A stretch of 64,000 nt of DNA from an uncultured cyanobacterium (GTDB lineage Bacteria > Cyanobacteriota > Cyanobacteriia > Cyanobacteriales > Cyanobacteriaceae). A model generated the notes under the pieces. It worked only from the letters and a program-made list of their open reading frames with translations, searched no databases and was not told the DNA's origin. Shown piece after piece: positions 22,889 to 33,845 of the stretch (its first letter is position 1; the number at the start of each line of letters is the position of its first letter). A program made the position numbers and the translations under genes. Location: assembly GCA_963710605.1 (NCBI GenBank), contig CAVQBA010000004.1:192001-256000 (forward strand), given 5' to 3'.

Positions 22889-23092
22889 AGTGACAAGATA
22901 GTTATATTTACTATGTTTTTAATTTGGCAGATTAAACTCAAGAATATAAGAAATCGATGATTATAAGACTCAGTTAAAAAGGATAGAAGCTAAAAAAATA
23001 AATTTAATTCTCGCTAGAACAAAAATAAAGAGACAAAAACTGTTATCTTAACGTAAGAAATTTATTCAGATCATCATTATAGGCAACAAAAA

Positions 23093-23815
23093 ATGACTTA
23101 CCAAAGGATTTTACTCAAAGTGAGTGGGGAAGCATTAATGGGAGATTTAGGCTATGGTATTGATCCAAAAGTAGTTGCTGAAATAGCAGAAGAAATAGCA
23201 GAAGTAGTCAAATTAAATGTTCAAGTTGCTATCGTCGTTGGCGGTGGCAATATTTTTCGTGGTGTTAAGGCTTCTGCTGACGGAATGGATCGAGCTACGG
23301 CTGATTATGTAGGTATGATTGCAACTGTAATGAATGCCATGACTTTACAGGATGCTTTAGAGCGGATTGATATTCCCACTAGAGTGCAAACTGCGATCGC
23401 TATGCAAGAAGTAGCTGAACCTTATATTCGTCGTAAGGCAATTCGTCACCTAGAATTAGGTAGAGTTGTTATTTTTGGTGCAGGTTCAGGTAATCCATTT
23501 TTTACCACTGATACTACAGCGGCATTGAGGGCGGCTGAAATTGATGCCGAGATTATTTTTAAGGCAACTAAAGTTGATGGGGTATATGATTGTGATCCTG
23601 TCAACAATCCGAATGCTCGTCTTTATCAGAGTTTGAACTATGCTCATGTTTTAACTCAAGACTTACGAGTTATGGATGGAACGGCGATCGCATTATGTAA
23701 AGAAAATAATATTCCCATTATTGTCTTTAACCTTTTTGAGCGTGGTAATATTATTCGAGCAGTCAAAGGTATAAAAGTAGGAACCATTGTAGGAGGTTTT
23801 TGTGAAGTTAACTGA
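23093..23815 (+). CDS. pyrH: UMP kinase
   Basis: [30 protein letters not shown]. Confidence 0.97.
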   Translation: MTYQRILLKVSGEALMGDLGYGIDPKVVAEIAEEIAEVVKLNVQVAIVVGGGNIFRGVKASADGMDRATADYVGMIATVMNAMTLQDALERIDIPTRVQTAIAMQEVAEPYIRRKAIRHLELGRVVIFGAGSGNPFFTTDTTAALRAAEIDAEIIFKATKVDGVYDCDPVNNPNARLYQSLNYAHVLTQDLRVMDGTAIALCKENNIPIIVFNLFERGNIIRAVKGIKVGTIVGGFCEVN

Positions 23816-24353
23816 AGAAGTTCAAGGTAGTATGCAAAAAAGTGTGGATAGTACACAGCAAGATATGAATACTATCCGTACAGGTAGAGCAAATACTAGT
23901 TTGTTGGATAACGTAATGGTCAATTATTATGGTGCAGATACTCCGATTAAATCTTTAGCGAGTATAACTGTTCCTGATGCGACGACAATTATGATTCAAC
24001 CTTTTGATAAGGGTAGTGTTAGTGATTTAGAACGGGCAATTTCGATGTCTGATTTGGGTTTAACTCCTAATAATGATGGAAATGTTATTCGTTTAAATAT
24101 TCCGCCTTTAACAGCCGAACGTCGTCAAGAATTTGTAAAAGTAGCGGGTAAATATGCCGAAGAAGGTAAAGTCGCTATTCGCAATATTCGTCGTGATGCG
24201 ATCGATAAAGTTCGTAAACAAGAAAAAAGTAGCGATGTTTCTGAAGATGAGTCGAGAGATTTACAAGACGAAATACAACAAATTACTGATAAATATACTA
24301 ATAAAATTGACGCTATTTTTAAATCCAAAGAAAAAGAATTAACCAAAATGTAA
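23802..24353 (+). CDS. frr: ribosome recycling factor (GTG start overlapping pyrH)
   Basis: [23 protein letters not shown]; canonical pyrH-frr order. Confidence 0.96.
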   Translation: MKLTEEVQGSMQKSVDSTQQDMNTIRTGRANTSLLDNVMVNYYGADTPIKSLASITVPDATTIMIQPFDKGSVSDLERAISMSDLGLTPNNDGNVIRLNIPPLTAERRQEFVKVAGKYAEEGKVAIRNIRRDAIDKVRKQEKSSDVSEDESRDLQDEIQQITDKYTNKIDAIFKSKEKELTKM

Positions 24354-24426
24354 TTAGCAATTTTTTTAAGGTAATAAAATTAATGCAATTGGTGCATAAG
24401 TTATCTTTTAATATTCCTGATTAATA

Positions 24427-24450
24427 GTAGAGGCGATTTTTGTCTCTACA
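24427..24450. repeat. GTAG...CTAC REP-like palindrome / possible terminator after frr
   Basis: gtagaggcgatttttgtctctaca. Confidence 0.55.
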
Positions 24451-24564
24451 TTTTTTATCTTTAAAAAACTCGTTAAATAATTAATTGATAAATCAACCCT
24501 TGACTAGATAAGAACCTTTTTTCGGTAAAATACGATCGAAGAGCAAAAATAAACTCAAGTAGAT

Positions 24565-25131
24565 ATGAAAGATATTGTTAGAGGATTAAATGTATATTTA
24601 ATTGGCATGATGGGTGCGGGTAAAACTACGGTAGGAGAATTACTTGCTCAAAAATTAGAATATCGTTTTCTGGATACAGATCAACTAATTGAAACCGTTA
24701 CTAACCAAAGTATTAGTGATCTTTTTGCTCAAATGGGAGAAGAGGCTTTTCGTAATCTAGAAACAAGTGTATTAAACCAAGCATCAGCTTATATACGCAC
24801 AGTTGTTTCCACGGGAGGAGGTATTATTTTACGCTCAGGTAATTGGAGTTATTTACAAAATGGGATGGTAATTTATTTGGATGTCCCGATCGAATTATTA
24901 GTTAAAAGATTAACAGACGATCGAACTCGCCCTTTATTACAAAACAACGATTTAACCACCAAACTGACTCAATTAGATCAAGAAAGAAAATCATTGTATC
25001 ATCAAGCCGATATCATCATAACCGTTAGCGAAGATGATTGTGTTGAGGATGTTGTCGCTGAGATTATTAAACAAATTCCGACAAAAGTCAAACAACCATT
25101 TGACATTGAATCGATCGCTATTAACAATTAA
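24565..25131 (+). CDS. aroK: shikimate kinase
   Basis: GMMGAGKTT, DTD, GEEAFR..E, STGGG, RPLL. Confidence 0.95.
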   Translation: MKDIVRGLNVYLIGMMGAGKTTVGELLAQKLEYRFLDTDQLIETVTNQSISDLFAQMGEEAFRNLETSVLNQASAYIRTVVSTGGGIILRSGNWSYLQNGMVIYLDVPIELLVKRLTDDRTRPLLQNNDLTTKLTQLDQERKSLYHQADIIITVSEDDCVEDVVAEIIKQIPTKVKQPFDIESIAINN

Positions 25132-25150
25132 TAAAAAGAAAAACATATCA

Positions 25151-25252
25151 CCCGCCTTACAATAAATTGTCAAGGCTAACAGATACCGTTTAATAAATTA
25201 AACTCAAAGAAAGAATCCTCAAATTGTCTGATTCTTATTTTAATTAACTATA
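25151..25252. mobile_element. partial copy (right portion) of the 22724-22888 MITE-like element
   Basis: Shares cccgcctt, ccgtttaataaattaaact and aaattgtct.attcttattttaattaactata with 22784-22888. Confidence 0.7.
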
Positions 25253-25423
25253 AATTTTAAATTGTCCTTTTCCTTATTACTGAGGGTAATCCATTTATTG
25301 ATTTTATTATTCTAAGACGATCGAAAAAACTTCACGTCCATAAAATGTCATAATAGAAAATAAAAGACGATTAGTAATTATCAATTGTCAACTGTCAATT
25401 GTCAATTGACCTTAGAAATAGAT

Positions 25424-25933
25424 ATGAAAAATATATTAATCCCCCAATTGCTCAAGATGCCGCAACAAACGTATCAATTTGAGCTTAATGATTACATAAA
25501 AGAATTGGAAACTTTAACCCCAATTAAAGGAATTTTTCAAGTTAGTCATCGTCATAATTTTTTGGAAGTTACTTTACTCGCCGATACGATTTTAACTCTC
25601 AGATGCGATCGTTGTTTACAGACATTTAATCATCGCTTAAGAGTTAACACCAGCGAAATCATTCTTTTACAATATGCTTTTGATGAATCCTTATTACCTG
25701 TAGAAAGAGAAATTCTGAGCGAAGATTTATCAGAAACTTTACCTCCTAATGGTGAATTAGATGTTAAAGCATGGATTTATGAACAACTATCTTTGGCAAT
25801 GCCATTAAAAAATATTTGTGAAAATGACTGCAAACCGCCACAAATACAAGAAAAGCAACAAACGAATCAATCAGCTAAAACCGATAATAGATGGTCAGCA
25901 TTAGCTAATTTAAAGTCATTAATTCAAGAATAA
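25424..25933 (+). CDS. YceD/DUF177 family metal-binding protein (start likely ATG 25424)
   Basis: CDRCL and C...C motifs, DNRWSALANLK C-terminus. Confidence 0.85.
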   Translation: MKNILIPQLLKMPQQTYQFELNDYIKELETLTPIKGIFQVSHRHNFLEVTLLADTILTLRCDRCLQTFNHRLRVNTSEIILLQYAFDESLLPVEREILSEDLSETLPPNGELDVKAWIYEQLSLAMPLKNICENDCKPPQIQEKQQTNQSAKTDNRWSALANLKSLIQE

Positions 25934-26002
25934 AGAATATAACTAATCAATTGAAAAAAGAGAATCTTGCTTAATTCTTAATCAGCAAAAATCAACTTTA
26001 AT

Positions 26003-27517
26003 ATGAATCAATTTAATCAAGAATTTGCCTTATTATTAAGGGCTTGTTATCCTTTAATCTATATTCCTAGTCAAGAAGAAGAAAGAGTTGAGAAAACTAT
26101 TAAGCAAATCGGGCAAGATTTAGGTAATCGCCAAGTCTATATTTGGGATTTTGTTGATGGTTATCAAGACAATCCTAATAATAAAAATATTGGTCGCCGA
26201 AATCCTTTACAAGCTTTGGAATATATTGAAAAATTACCCAGTAATTCGGGTGGTGTTTTTATTTTACGAGACTTTCATCGTTTTATTGAAGATATTTCTA
26301 TTTCTCGTAAATTACGTAACCTTTCACGTACTCTTAAAGCTGAACCAAAAAACATCATCATTATCGCCCCTTCTATCAGTCTGCCTGATGAATTAAAAGA
26401 AGTTTTTACTATCACTGAGTTTCCTTTACCTCAAGCTGAAGAAATTAAAAATGAAGTTACACGCTTAATCTCTGCTACTAGACAATCTCTTGATGACCAA
26501 TTTTTAGATGAATTAGTTCGATCGGCTCAAGGATTATCTCTAGAACGAATCAGAAGGGTACTAGCAAGAGCGATCGCTCAAAATGGCAAAATAGAACCAG
26601 ATGATGTCGAACTTATCTTAGAAGAGAAAAAACAAAGCATACGACAAACACAAATACTAGACTACTACCCGACTAAAGAACAAATCTCCGATATTGGTGG
26701 TTTGGATAATTTAAAAGAATGGTTACTCAGACGAGGTAGTGCTTTTAGTGAATCTGCTCGTGCTTATGGATTGCCTTATCCACGGGGGTTATTGCTTGTA
26801 GGAATACAAGGTACAGGTAAATCTTTAACCGCAAAAGCGATCGCTCATCATTGGCATTTACCCTTATTAAGATTAGATGTCGGCAGACTATTTAGTGGTT
26901 TAGTCGGCGAATCGGAATCTCGTACCCGTCAGATGATTCAATTAGCCGAAGCCTTGTCACCTTGTATTTTATGGATAGACGAAATTGATAAAGGTTTTGC
27001 CGGTGCTGATGGTAGAGGAGACTCAGGTACAACTAGTCGTGTATTTGGTACTTTTATTACTTGGTTAGCGGAAAAACAAAGCCCTGTGTTTGTAGTCGCT
27101 ACTGCTAATAATATCCAAAGTTTACCAGCCGAGATGTTACGCAAAGGAAGATTTGATGAAATATTTTTTGTTGGTTTACCTAGTCAAGAAGAAAGAGAAG
27201 CAATTTTTAATGTCCATTTAAGTCGATTACGCCCTCATAATCTAGGTAATTATCAAACTAAAAGACTTGCTTATGAAACTCCTGAATTTTCGGGGGCAGA
27301 AATTGAGCAAACAATCATCGAGGCGATGCACTTAGCTTTTAGCCAAAATCGTGATTTTAATACCGATGACATTTTAACAGCGGCTAGTCAAATCATACCT
27401 TTAGCTCGTACGGCAAAAGAGCAAATAGAATTTTTACAAACTTGGGCATCTTCAGGAAAAGCACGTTTAGCTTCTCGTAATCAATTGATAAATAACTATC
27501 CTAATTCTTCTAATTAA
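26003..27517 (+). CDS. ycf46: Ycf46-family AAA+ ATPase
   Basis: GIQGTGKS Walker A, WIDEIDK Walker B, RKGRFDE, degenerate N-terminal AAA domain. Confidence 0.85.
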   Translation: MNQFNQEFALLLRACYPLIYIPSQEEERVEKTIKQIGQDLGNRQVYIWDFVDGYQDNPNNKNIGRRNPLQALEYIEKLPSNSGGVFILRDFHRFIEDISISRKLRNLSRTLKAEPKNIIIIAPSISLPDELKEVFTITEFPLPQAEEIKNEVTRLISATRQSLDDQFLDELVRSAQGLSLERIRRVLARAIAQNGKIEPDDVELILEEKKQSIRQTQILDYYPTKEQISDIGGLDNLKEWLLRRGSAFSESARAYGLPYPRGLLLVGIQGTGKSLTAKAIAHHWHLPLLRLDVGRLFSGLVGESESRTRQMIQLAEALSPCILWIDEIDKGFAGADGRGDSGTTSRVFGTFITWLAEKQSPVFVVATANNIQSLPAEMLRKGRFDEIFFVGLPSQEEREAIFNVHLSRLRPHNLGNYQTKRLAYETPEFSGAEIEQTIIEAMHLAFSQNRDFNTDDILTAASQIIPLARTAKEQIEFLQTWASSGKARLASRNQLINNYPNSSN

Positions 27518-27578
27518 AAAAAGAAGACGTTTTGAGAGATAATTTATTCAAGAAGCGTCAACAAAGGGCAAAGGTAGT

Positions 27579-27616
27579 GAGTAAGGAGTAAGGAGTAAGG
27601 AGTAAGGAGTAAGGAG
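27579..27616. repeat. heptamer tandem repeat (GAGTAAG)x5
   Basis: Read directly. Confidence 0.9.
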
Positions 27617-27838
27617 AAATGAAATAACACCTTGACTACCATTAAAATCCAATACGCCTATCAATGGAGTATCCCCCCCATCCTTACGCAGGGCTGTTTC
27701 ATTCAAAGGAAGAAGAAGATAGCTATTTGCTCAAAATAAATAGCTAGAAGCTATTACTACATACAATACGATCGATCGAGAGTGGTTACATTATATTTTT
27801 ACTATAGCAGTAAACAAGTTGTTTTGAATAGTTGAATG

Positions 27839-27921
27839 AAGTTCCCCCTCCTTTGAAGGAGGAGGGGCTGTCATCTGAATTTATTTCAGATGCTTGTAAG
27901 CCCCGTGGGTTAGGGGTGGTT
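27839..27921. mobile_element. GC-rich hairpin repeat interrupted by a ~43-bp nested hairpin insertion (27864-27906)
   Basis: Flanks match the reverse complement of the uninterrupted copy at 34913-34950; insert is ggggct..catctgaa..ttcagatg..agcccc. Confidence 0.7.
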
Positions 27922-27929
27922 GAAACGTC

Positions 27930-30077
27930 CTAAACTTCCTTCATCGATAAACCAATTCTTTTCAACTTCTCATTTATCTCCAATACCTTCACTTTTACAA
28001 CTTGCCCTACTTTTACAACTTCATTAGTATCACTAACAAATCGATCGGCTAATTGAGAAATATGTACTAACCCATCTTGATGTACACCAATATCGACAAA
28101 CGCACCGAAGTTAACGACATTAGTCACAACACCTTCTAATATCATCCCCTCTGTTAAATCGGTTATCTCGTTAATTCCTTCTTTGAAAGTAGCATAAGTA
28201 AACTCAGCACGGGGATCTCTTCCGGGTTTTTCTAGCTCTTGAACAATATCCTGTAATGTAGGTAAGCCAATAGTTTCGGTAACATACTGTTTCAGTTCAG
28301 TTTGTTGTAAATGAGAACTAATTTGCGAAATTTGCGATAAGGGAATATCTAATGATTTAGAGATTGATTTAACTACAGAATAACTTTCAGGGTGAACTGC
28401 TGTATTATCTAAGGGATTATCGCCGTCACGAATACGTAAAAATCCTGCGGCTAATTCAAAAGTTTTCGCACCAAGTTTTTTGACTTTCAATAATTCCTTA
28501 CGAGTTTTGAAAACACCTTTTTGGTTACGATATTCTACTATATTATTAGCGATCGTGGGACTTATTCCAGAGATGAAAGTCAATAACTCTTGAGAGGCAG
28601 TATTCAAATCTACACCGACATAATTAACACAACTTTCGACAGTATCAGTAAGTTTTTGTTTGAGTAATTTTTGATCGACATCATGTTGATATTGCCCGAC
28701 ACCGATCGACTTTGGATCTATTTTAACCAATTCTGCTAAAGGATCTTGTAATCTTCTACCGATACTAATTGCCCCTCTCACAGTAATATCTAAATCAGGA
28801 AATTCATCAATCGCTACTTGACTAGCTGAATAAATAGAAGCACCAGATTCGTTTACCATTACCTTCAGAGGTTTATCAGTTAAATGAGTAAAAACTTGAT
28901 TCATAAACTCATCTGTTTCTCTTGATGCCGTGCCATTACCGATCGCAATTAACTCAATCTGGTATTTTTTTATTAGTTTGACAATAGTTTCTAAAGCTTT
29001 CGCCCTTTGATTATTTCCTGAATGAGGAAAAATAGCTTGATATTCTAAAAATTGCCCCGTCTGCGACAATACCGCTACCTTACAACCTGTACGAAAACCG
29101 GGGTCAAGTGCTAAAGTAGGTTTCATACCCGCAGGTGCAGACAACAACAACTCTCTCAAATTAGCTTCAAAAGTATTAATCGATTCAATATCCGCCCAGC
29201 GTTTTTTTTCCGCCCTTACTTCCCTAAGTAACGCAGGTTTGAGCAAACGATTAAAACAGTCTTGAAGCATAGTCTGATAAAAATCTCTTACCTGACTATT
29301 TTTAGTTTTAATTACCTTTGATTGTAGATAATTTATCACCCGTGACTCATCAAATGCAATCTCCACTACGATGATTTTCTCCGCTTCTCCTCTGAATAAA
29401 GCTAAAACATTATGAGGGGCAATATTAGTTAGTTTATTTTCAAAATGACGATACATTTCGTACTTAGTGCTACCTTCAGGATAATCGTCTTTCACCTTAG
29501 AAACAAAAATGCCATTAGCCAAGAAAAAATCACGTAAATAAGCTCTCAATTCTGCTTTTTCGGCTACTTCCTCAGCGAGGATATCAGACGCACCATTAAA
29601 CGCATCTTCGATCGTTTCTACTTCTGTGGTTAAATATTTTTGGGCTTCTTTACTCAGTGCTATTGCCTGAGATTGAGGATTATTAAAACTTTTAATTGTC
29701 TCAGCAAGAGGTGTCAAACCTTTCTCTTTAGCGATCGTTGCTCTGGTACGTCTTTTGGGTTTAAATGGTAAATAGAGGTCTTCTAGCTCATTTTTCTGAC
29801 GACAGCTAACGATTTTGGCTTGAAGTGCATCAGTTAATTTATTTTGAGAAGCGATCGATTCTAAAATAACCTGTTGACGTGCTTGTAACTCTTCTAAATA
29901 AGTAAAACGCTCTTGAATATCTCTCAATTCTATCTCATTTAAAGAGCCTGTCAATTCCTTACGATAACGAGCTACAAAAGGAATAGTTGAGCCTTCGGCA
30001 AATAAATCCAAGGCACTTTTAACACGATCTAAATTTAAAGATAATTCTGTCGCAATTACTTGAGCAATATCAAACAT
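27930..30077 (-). CDS. tex: Tex-family RNA-binding transcriptional accessory protein
   Basis: TIPFVARYRKE, DPGFRTGCK, IGNGTASRET, HhH, C-terminal S1 (FGAFVDIGVHQDGLVHIS). Confidence 0.95.
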   Translation of the reverse strand: MFDIAQVIATELSLNLDRVKSALDLFAEGSTIPFVARYRKELTGSLNEIELRDIQERFTYLEELQARQQVILESIASQNKLTDALQAKIVSCRQKNELEDLYLPFKPKRRTRATIAKEKGLTPLAETIKSFNNPQSQAIALSKEAQKYLTTEVETIEDAFNGASDILAEEVAEKAELRAYLRDFFLANGIFVSKVKDDYPEGSTKYEMYRHFENKLTNIAPHNVLALFRGEAEKIIVVEIAFDESRVINYLQSKVIKTKNSQVRDFYQTMLQDCFNRLLKPALLREVRAEKKRWADIESINTFEANLRELLLSAPAGMKPTLALDPGFRTGCKVAVLSQTGQFLEYQAIFPHSGNNQRAKALETIVKLIKKYQIELIAIGNGTASRETDEFMNQVFTHLTDKPLKVMVNESGASIYSASQVAIDEFPDLDITVRGAISIGRRLQDPLAELVKIDPKSIGVGQYQHDVDQKLLKQKLTDTVESCVNYVGVDLNTASQELLTFISGISPTIANNIVEYRNQKGVFKTRKELLKVKKLGAKTFELAAGFLRIRDGDNPLDNTAVHPESYSVVKSISKSLDIPLSQISQISSHLQQTELKQYVTETIGLPTLQDIVQELEKPGRDPRAEFTYATFKEGINEITDLTEGMILEGVVTNVVNFGAFVDIGVHQDGLVHISQLADRFVSDTNEVVKVGQVVKVKVLEINEKLKRIGLSMKEV

Positions 30078-30305
30078 TGGTTTAAATAATGAATAATTAA
30101 TAATTAATAATTAATAATTCACTATAGTAACACCCGCCCAAAACTTAATCACTGTAAGAATATTTATCTTAAAGTCTTTTTCCTCAATATTAAATAAGAT
30201 TAAAAATTGTACTAATTGTCAATTACTAAAACTAAATCTCAACAAATAGAAAAATGATCTAAGATGAGGTTTGGTATCTTGTTAGTTCAATCAATATTTT
30301 ACTTA

Positions 30306-31430
30306 ATGGAAAATACTCTCAAAAAATCAGATTTCGTCTTAAAACCTTACATGAAAAGTAATGATTGGAAAGCAACCTATCAAGTGCTTAATACATTAGT
30401 TCCATATTTACTTTTATGGTTTTTAGCTTATAAAGCCGCTCAAATATCTTTTTTATTATTACCGCCAATTATTATTTTGCTCGTTCTTTTTTCCTTACGT
30501 AGTTTTTCTTTAATGCACGACTGCGGACATTATTCGTTATTTCGATCGAAAAGAGTTAACCGTATTGTCGGTTTTATTTTTGGTTTAGTTAATGCGATGC
30601 CCCAATATTGGTGGGCAAAAGATCATGATTTTCATCACAAAACTAATGGTGATTGGGAAAGATACAGAGGGATTGGTGATTTTTTATCTACTGAAGAATT
30701 TGACAATTTAACACCATTAAAACAAAAAATGTACGCTATTTTTACCCATCCTTGGATTATTTTTCCTGGTGGTTTTTTCTATTTAGCGTTTAAACCACGA
30801 TTAATCTTGATTACAGGTGGAATTGATTTTATCAAACATATCGTTTCTTGTTTAAAAAAAGACAAGTCAATGACTATCAAAGAAATTATCTATTCACACG
30901 ATTCTATTTATTGGTTTTCTGAAGCTGAATTTTGGGATGTACTTTTTAATAGTATTTTTGTCGTCGCCGGATGGATTTGGTGTTGTCAAGCGATGGGTAC
31001 ATTTTTCTTTTTGAGTGTTTATAGTATTGTTTTAACTTTAGCCGCCGCCTTTTTTGTCGCTATCTTTTTTGTGCAACATAACTTTGAAGGTGCTTATGCT
31101 AATACAACTGAAGGTTGGGATTATTTGACTGGGGCAATTGAGGGTAGTAGTTTTTTAGAAATGCCCGCTATTTTACGTTGGTTTACTGCTGATATTAGCT
31201 ATCATAATATTCATCATCTTTCAGCTCGGATTCCTAACTATAATCTCAAGGCTTGTCATTATAAAAATGCTCATTTACTTAACCAATCAAGTACATTGTA
31301 TTTGAGCGATATTGGTGATTGTGCTAAATATGTGTTGTGGGATAATGTTAATAATAAATTAGTTTCAATCGCATCACACACCCAAAAACAACCTAACTAC
31401 AATTTATCTGCTCAAGGAATTAAAACCTAA
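30306..31430 (+). CDS. membrane fatty acid desaturase family protein (start likely ATG 30306)
   Basis: Three His boxes HDCGH, HDFHH, HNIHH plus QH and several TM segments. Confidence 0.88.
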   Translation: MENTLKKSDFVLKPYMKSNDWKATYQVLNTLVPYLLLWFLAYKAAQISFLLLPPIIILLVLFSLRSFSLMHDCGHYSLFRSKRVNRIVGFIFGLVNAMPQYWWAKDHDFHHKTNGDWERYRGIGDFLSTEEFDNLTPLKQKMYAIFTHPWIIFPGGFFYLAFKPRLILITGGIDFIKHIVSCLKKDKSMTIKEIIYSHDSIYWFSEAEFWDVLFNSIFVVAGWIWCCQAMGTFFFLSVYSIVLTLAAAFFVAIFFVQHNFEGAYANTTEGWDYLTGAIEGSSFLEMPAILRWFTADISYHNIHHLSARIPNYNLKACHYKNAHLLNQSSTLYLSDIGDCAKYVLWDNVNNKLVSIASHTQKQPNYNLSAQGIKT

Positions 31431-31432
31431 TC

Positions 31433-31467
31433 GTAGAGTTAGGGCTTAGTAATACTAAGCCCCTACA
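31433..31467. repeat. GTAG...CTAC REP-like hairpin right after the desaturase stop
   Basis: gtagagt-tagggcttagta-a-tactaagcccctaca. Confidence 0.6.
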
Positions 31468-31590
31468 ATAATAATTGGCGAATTTTTGATGATCGATTAT
31501 CCATCATCTTGTTGTTAATTTATCGCTTATTGAAAGTAAAATAAATGAAGTCGTTACAGATAGGTTTTTATAATCAGTTTATTTTATTTT

Positions 31591-33657
31591 ATGAATTATC
31601 AGACTTTACCAGGTAAAACATATCCTCTTGGTGCAAAAGTGGAAGGAAAAGGCGTTAACTTTTGCCTTTATTCTAAACACGCTCAAAGTATAGAATTGTT
31701 ACTCTTTGATGATGTTGCTCAAAATCCTAGTCAAGTTATTAAATTAGACTCTAAAATTAATCGAACCTATCATTATTGGCATATATGGGTAGAAGGAATT
31801 ACGAGTGAACAAATATATGCTTACCGAGTGTATGGAGATTATAAACCAGAAGAAGGACTCCGTTTTGATGGGAGTAAAGTATTATTAGATCCTTATTCTA
31901 AAGCCGTTGTCGGAGATGATATTTACGATCGTCAGATGGCAAAAAGATATGGAGTCGATAACTGTCTTCGTAGTATGAAATCTGTCGTTGTCGATACTAG
32001 TAAATATGATTGGGAAGGAGACGATTATCCTCGTATTCGTTTAGCTTCTACCATTATTTACGAAATGCACGTCGGTGGTTTTACTCGTCGAGAAAATTCA
32101 GGTGTTGCACCAGAAAAACGAGGTACTTATGCCGGATTAATCGAAAAAATACCTTACCTACAAAAATTGGGTATTACTGCCGTAGAATTATTACCTATTC
32201 ATCAATTTGATGAAAAAGATGTCATTCGTAAAGATTTAGAAAATTATTGGGGTTACGACGGTGTCAGCTTCTTTGCACCTCATCGCAGTTATAGTAGCGA
32301 TCGTAGTTCAACAGGTCCTGTGGACGAATTTAGAGACTTAGTTAAGGCATTACACAAAGCAGGTATAGAAGTCATTTTAGATGTCGTATTTAACCACACC
32401 GCAGAAGGAAACGAAATTGGGACTACTCTTTCATTCAAAGGAATCGACAACCCGACTTATTACTTATTAGAAGACGATTTTGTTCACTATAAAAACTATA
32501 GTGGCTGTGGTAATACCTTCAAAGCTAATCACCCTGTTTGTAATAATCTAATTATTGATTCTCTGCGTTATTGGGTATCAGAAATGCACGTTGATGGTTT
32601 TCGCTTCGATTTAGCTTCTATTTTAGGTAGAGACATTAAAGGTGAGCCTGAAATGATTTCTTCAGTTTTAGATCATATCGAAAATGATCCCGTTTTAGCT
32701 GGTACAAAACTCATTGCCGAAGCATGGGATGCGGCAGGATTATATCAAGTTGGTGACTTTATCAATTTTGGTGATTGGTTTGGTGAGTGGAATGGCCCAT
32801 TTAGAGATGATGTGCGTCGTTTTGTCAAGGGCGACGAGAATACAATTAAACATTTAGCGGCACGTTTTTTAAGTAGCTCAGATATTTATACTAAAACAAA
32901 TCGTGAACCAAACCATAGTATTCATTTTGTTACTTGTCATGATGGATTTACTCTTTTTGATTTAGTTTCTTATAACGATAAACATAATGAAGCTAATGGC
33001 GAAAATAATCGTGATGGTAGCAATTATAATCATAGTTATAATCACGGTGTAGAAGGTCATACAGATGATCTTGAGATTAAAAATCTGCGTCAACGACAAA
33101 TGAAAAATTTTTGGTCTATATTATTACTTGCCCAAGGTACACCGATGTTATTGATGGGTGATGAAGTTGGTCGTACCCAATATGGTAATAACAATGCTTA
33201 TTGTCAGAATAACGAACTAAGTTGGTTTAATTGGGATGATCTCGATCGTAATGATAGTTTACTACGTTTTGTGACCAAAACAGTTAGTTTGATTAAGTCT
33301 TTAGAAGTATTTCAACAAGAGCAAATTCTTAAAACTTACGAAAACGATCGAGAGCCTTATCTTATTTGGCATGGTTCTCAATTATACCAACCAGATTTAG
33401 ACAATGATTCTCGTAGTATTGCTTTCACATTACATCATCCGAAAAAACAAGAATATCTTTATGGTATTTTTAATGCTTATTGGGAAGCAACGGAATTTGA
33501 GTTACCTTTATTACCTGATGGACAAAATTTTTATCGTATTATCGATACATACAATGATAGTCCTAATGATTTTGACAATCTAGAAGATGCGACTATGATA
33601 GACGGAGATGTTTATTGGGCTCGTCCTCGTAGTTGTGTACTTTTGATGGCAAAGTAA
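31591..33657 (+). CDS. glgX: glycogen debranching enzyme / isoamylase (GH13)
   Basis: NYWGY, DVVFNHT, DGFRFDLA, AEAWD, CHDGFTL. Confidence 0.94.
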   Translation: MNYQTLPGKTYPLGAKVEGKGVNFCLYSKHAQSIELLLFDDVAQNPSQVIKLDSKINRTYHYWHIWVEGITSEQIYAYRVYGDYKPEEGLRFDGSKVLLDPYSKAVVGDDIYDRQMAKRYGVDNCLRSMKSVVVDTSKYDWEGDDYPRIRLASTIIYEMHVGGFTRRENSGVAPEKRGTYAGLIEKIPYLQKLGITAVELLPIHQFDEKDVIRKDLENYWGYDGVSFFAPHRSYSSDRSSTGPVDEFRDLVKALHKAGIEVILDVVFNHTAEGNEIGTTLSFKGIDNPTYYLLEDDFVHYKNYSGCGNTFKANHPVCNNLIIDSLRYWVSEMHVDGFRFDLASILGRDIKGEPEMISSVLDHIENDPVLAGTKLIAEAWDAAGLYQVGDFINFGDWFGEWNGPFRDDVRRFVKGDENTIKHLAARFLSSSDIYTKTNREPNHSIHFVTCHDGFTLFDLVSYNDKHNEANGENNRDGSNYNHSYNHGVEGHTDDLEIKNLRQRQMKNFWSILLLAQGTPMLLMGDEVGRTQYGNNNAYCQNNELSWFNWDDLDRNDSLLRFVTKTVSLIKSLEVFQQEQILKTYENDREPYLIWHGSQLYQPDLDNDSRSIAFTLHHPKKQEYLYGIFNAYWEATEFELPLLPDGQNFYRIIDTYNDSPNDFDNLEDATMIDGDVYWARPRSCVLLMAK

Positions 33658-33669
33658 ATAATTTCCTTC

Positions 33670-33704
33670 AACCTCTCTAAATCTCTCCTTCAAAGGAGAG
33701 ACTT
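33670..33704. repeat. GC-rich hairpin repeat copy after glgX
   Basis: aacctctctaaatctctccttcaaaggagagactt, 30/35 identical to the reverse complement of 34996-35030. Confidence 0.75.
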
Positions 33705-33845
33705 GGAAATTTGCTCAAAAAAACTATAGCTAAGAGCTTAAAGCTGTATATTATTAATAATTAATTCTCGATCGTTAATAGTTAACTGTCCGTTGGTATA
33801 ATTTCTAAGTGCAAAAAATTATTGAAGATAAAAGGGGAAGAATTG

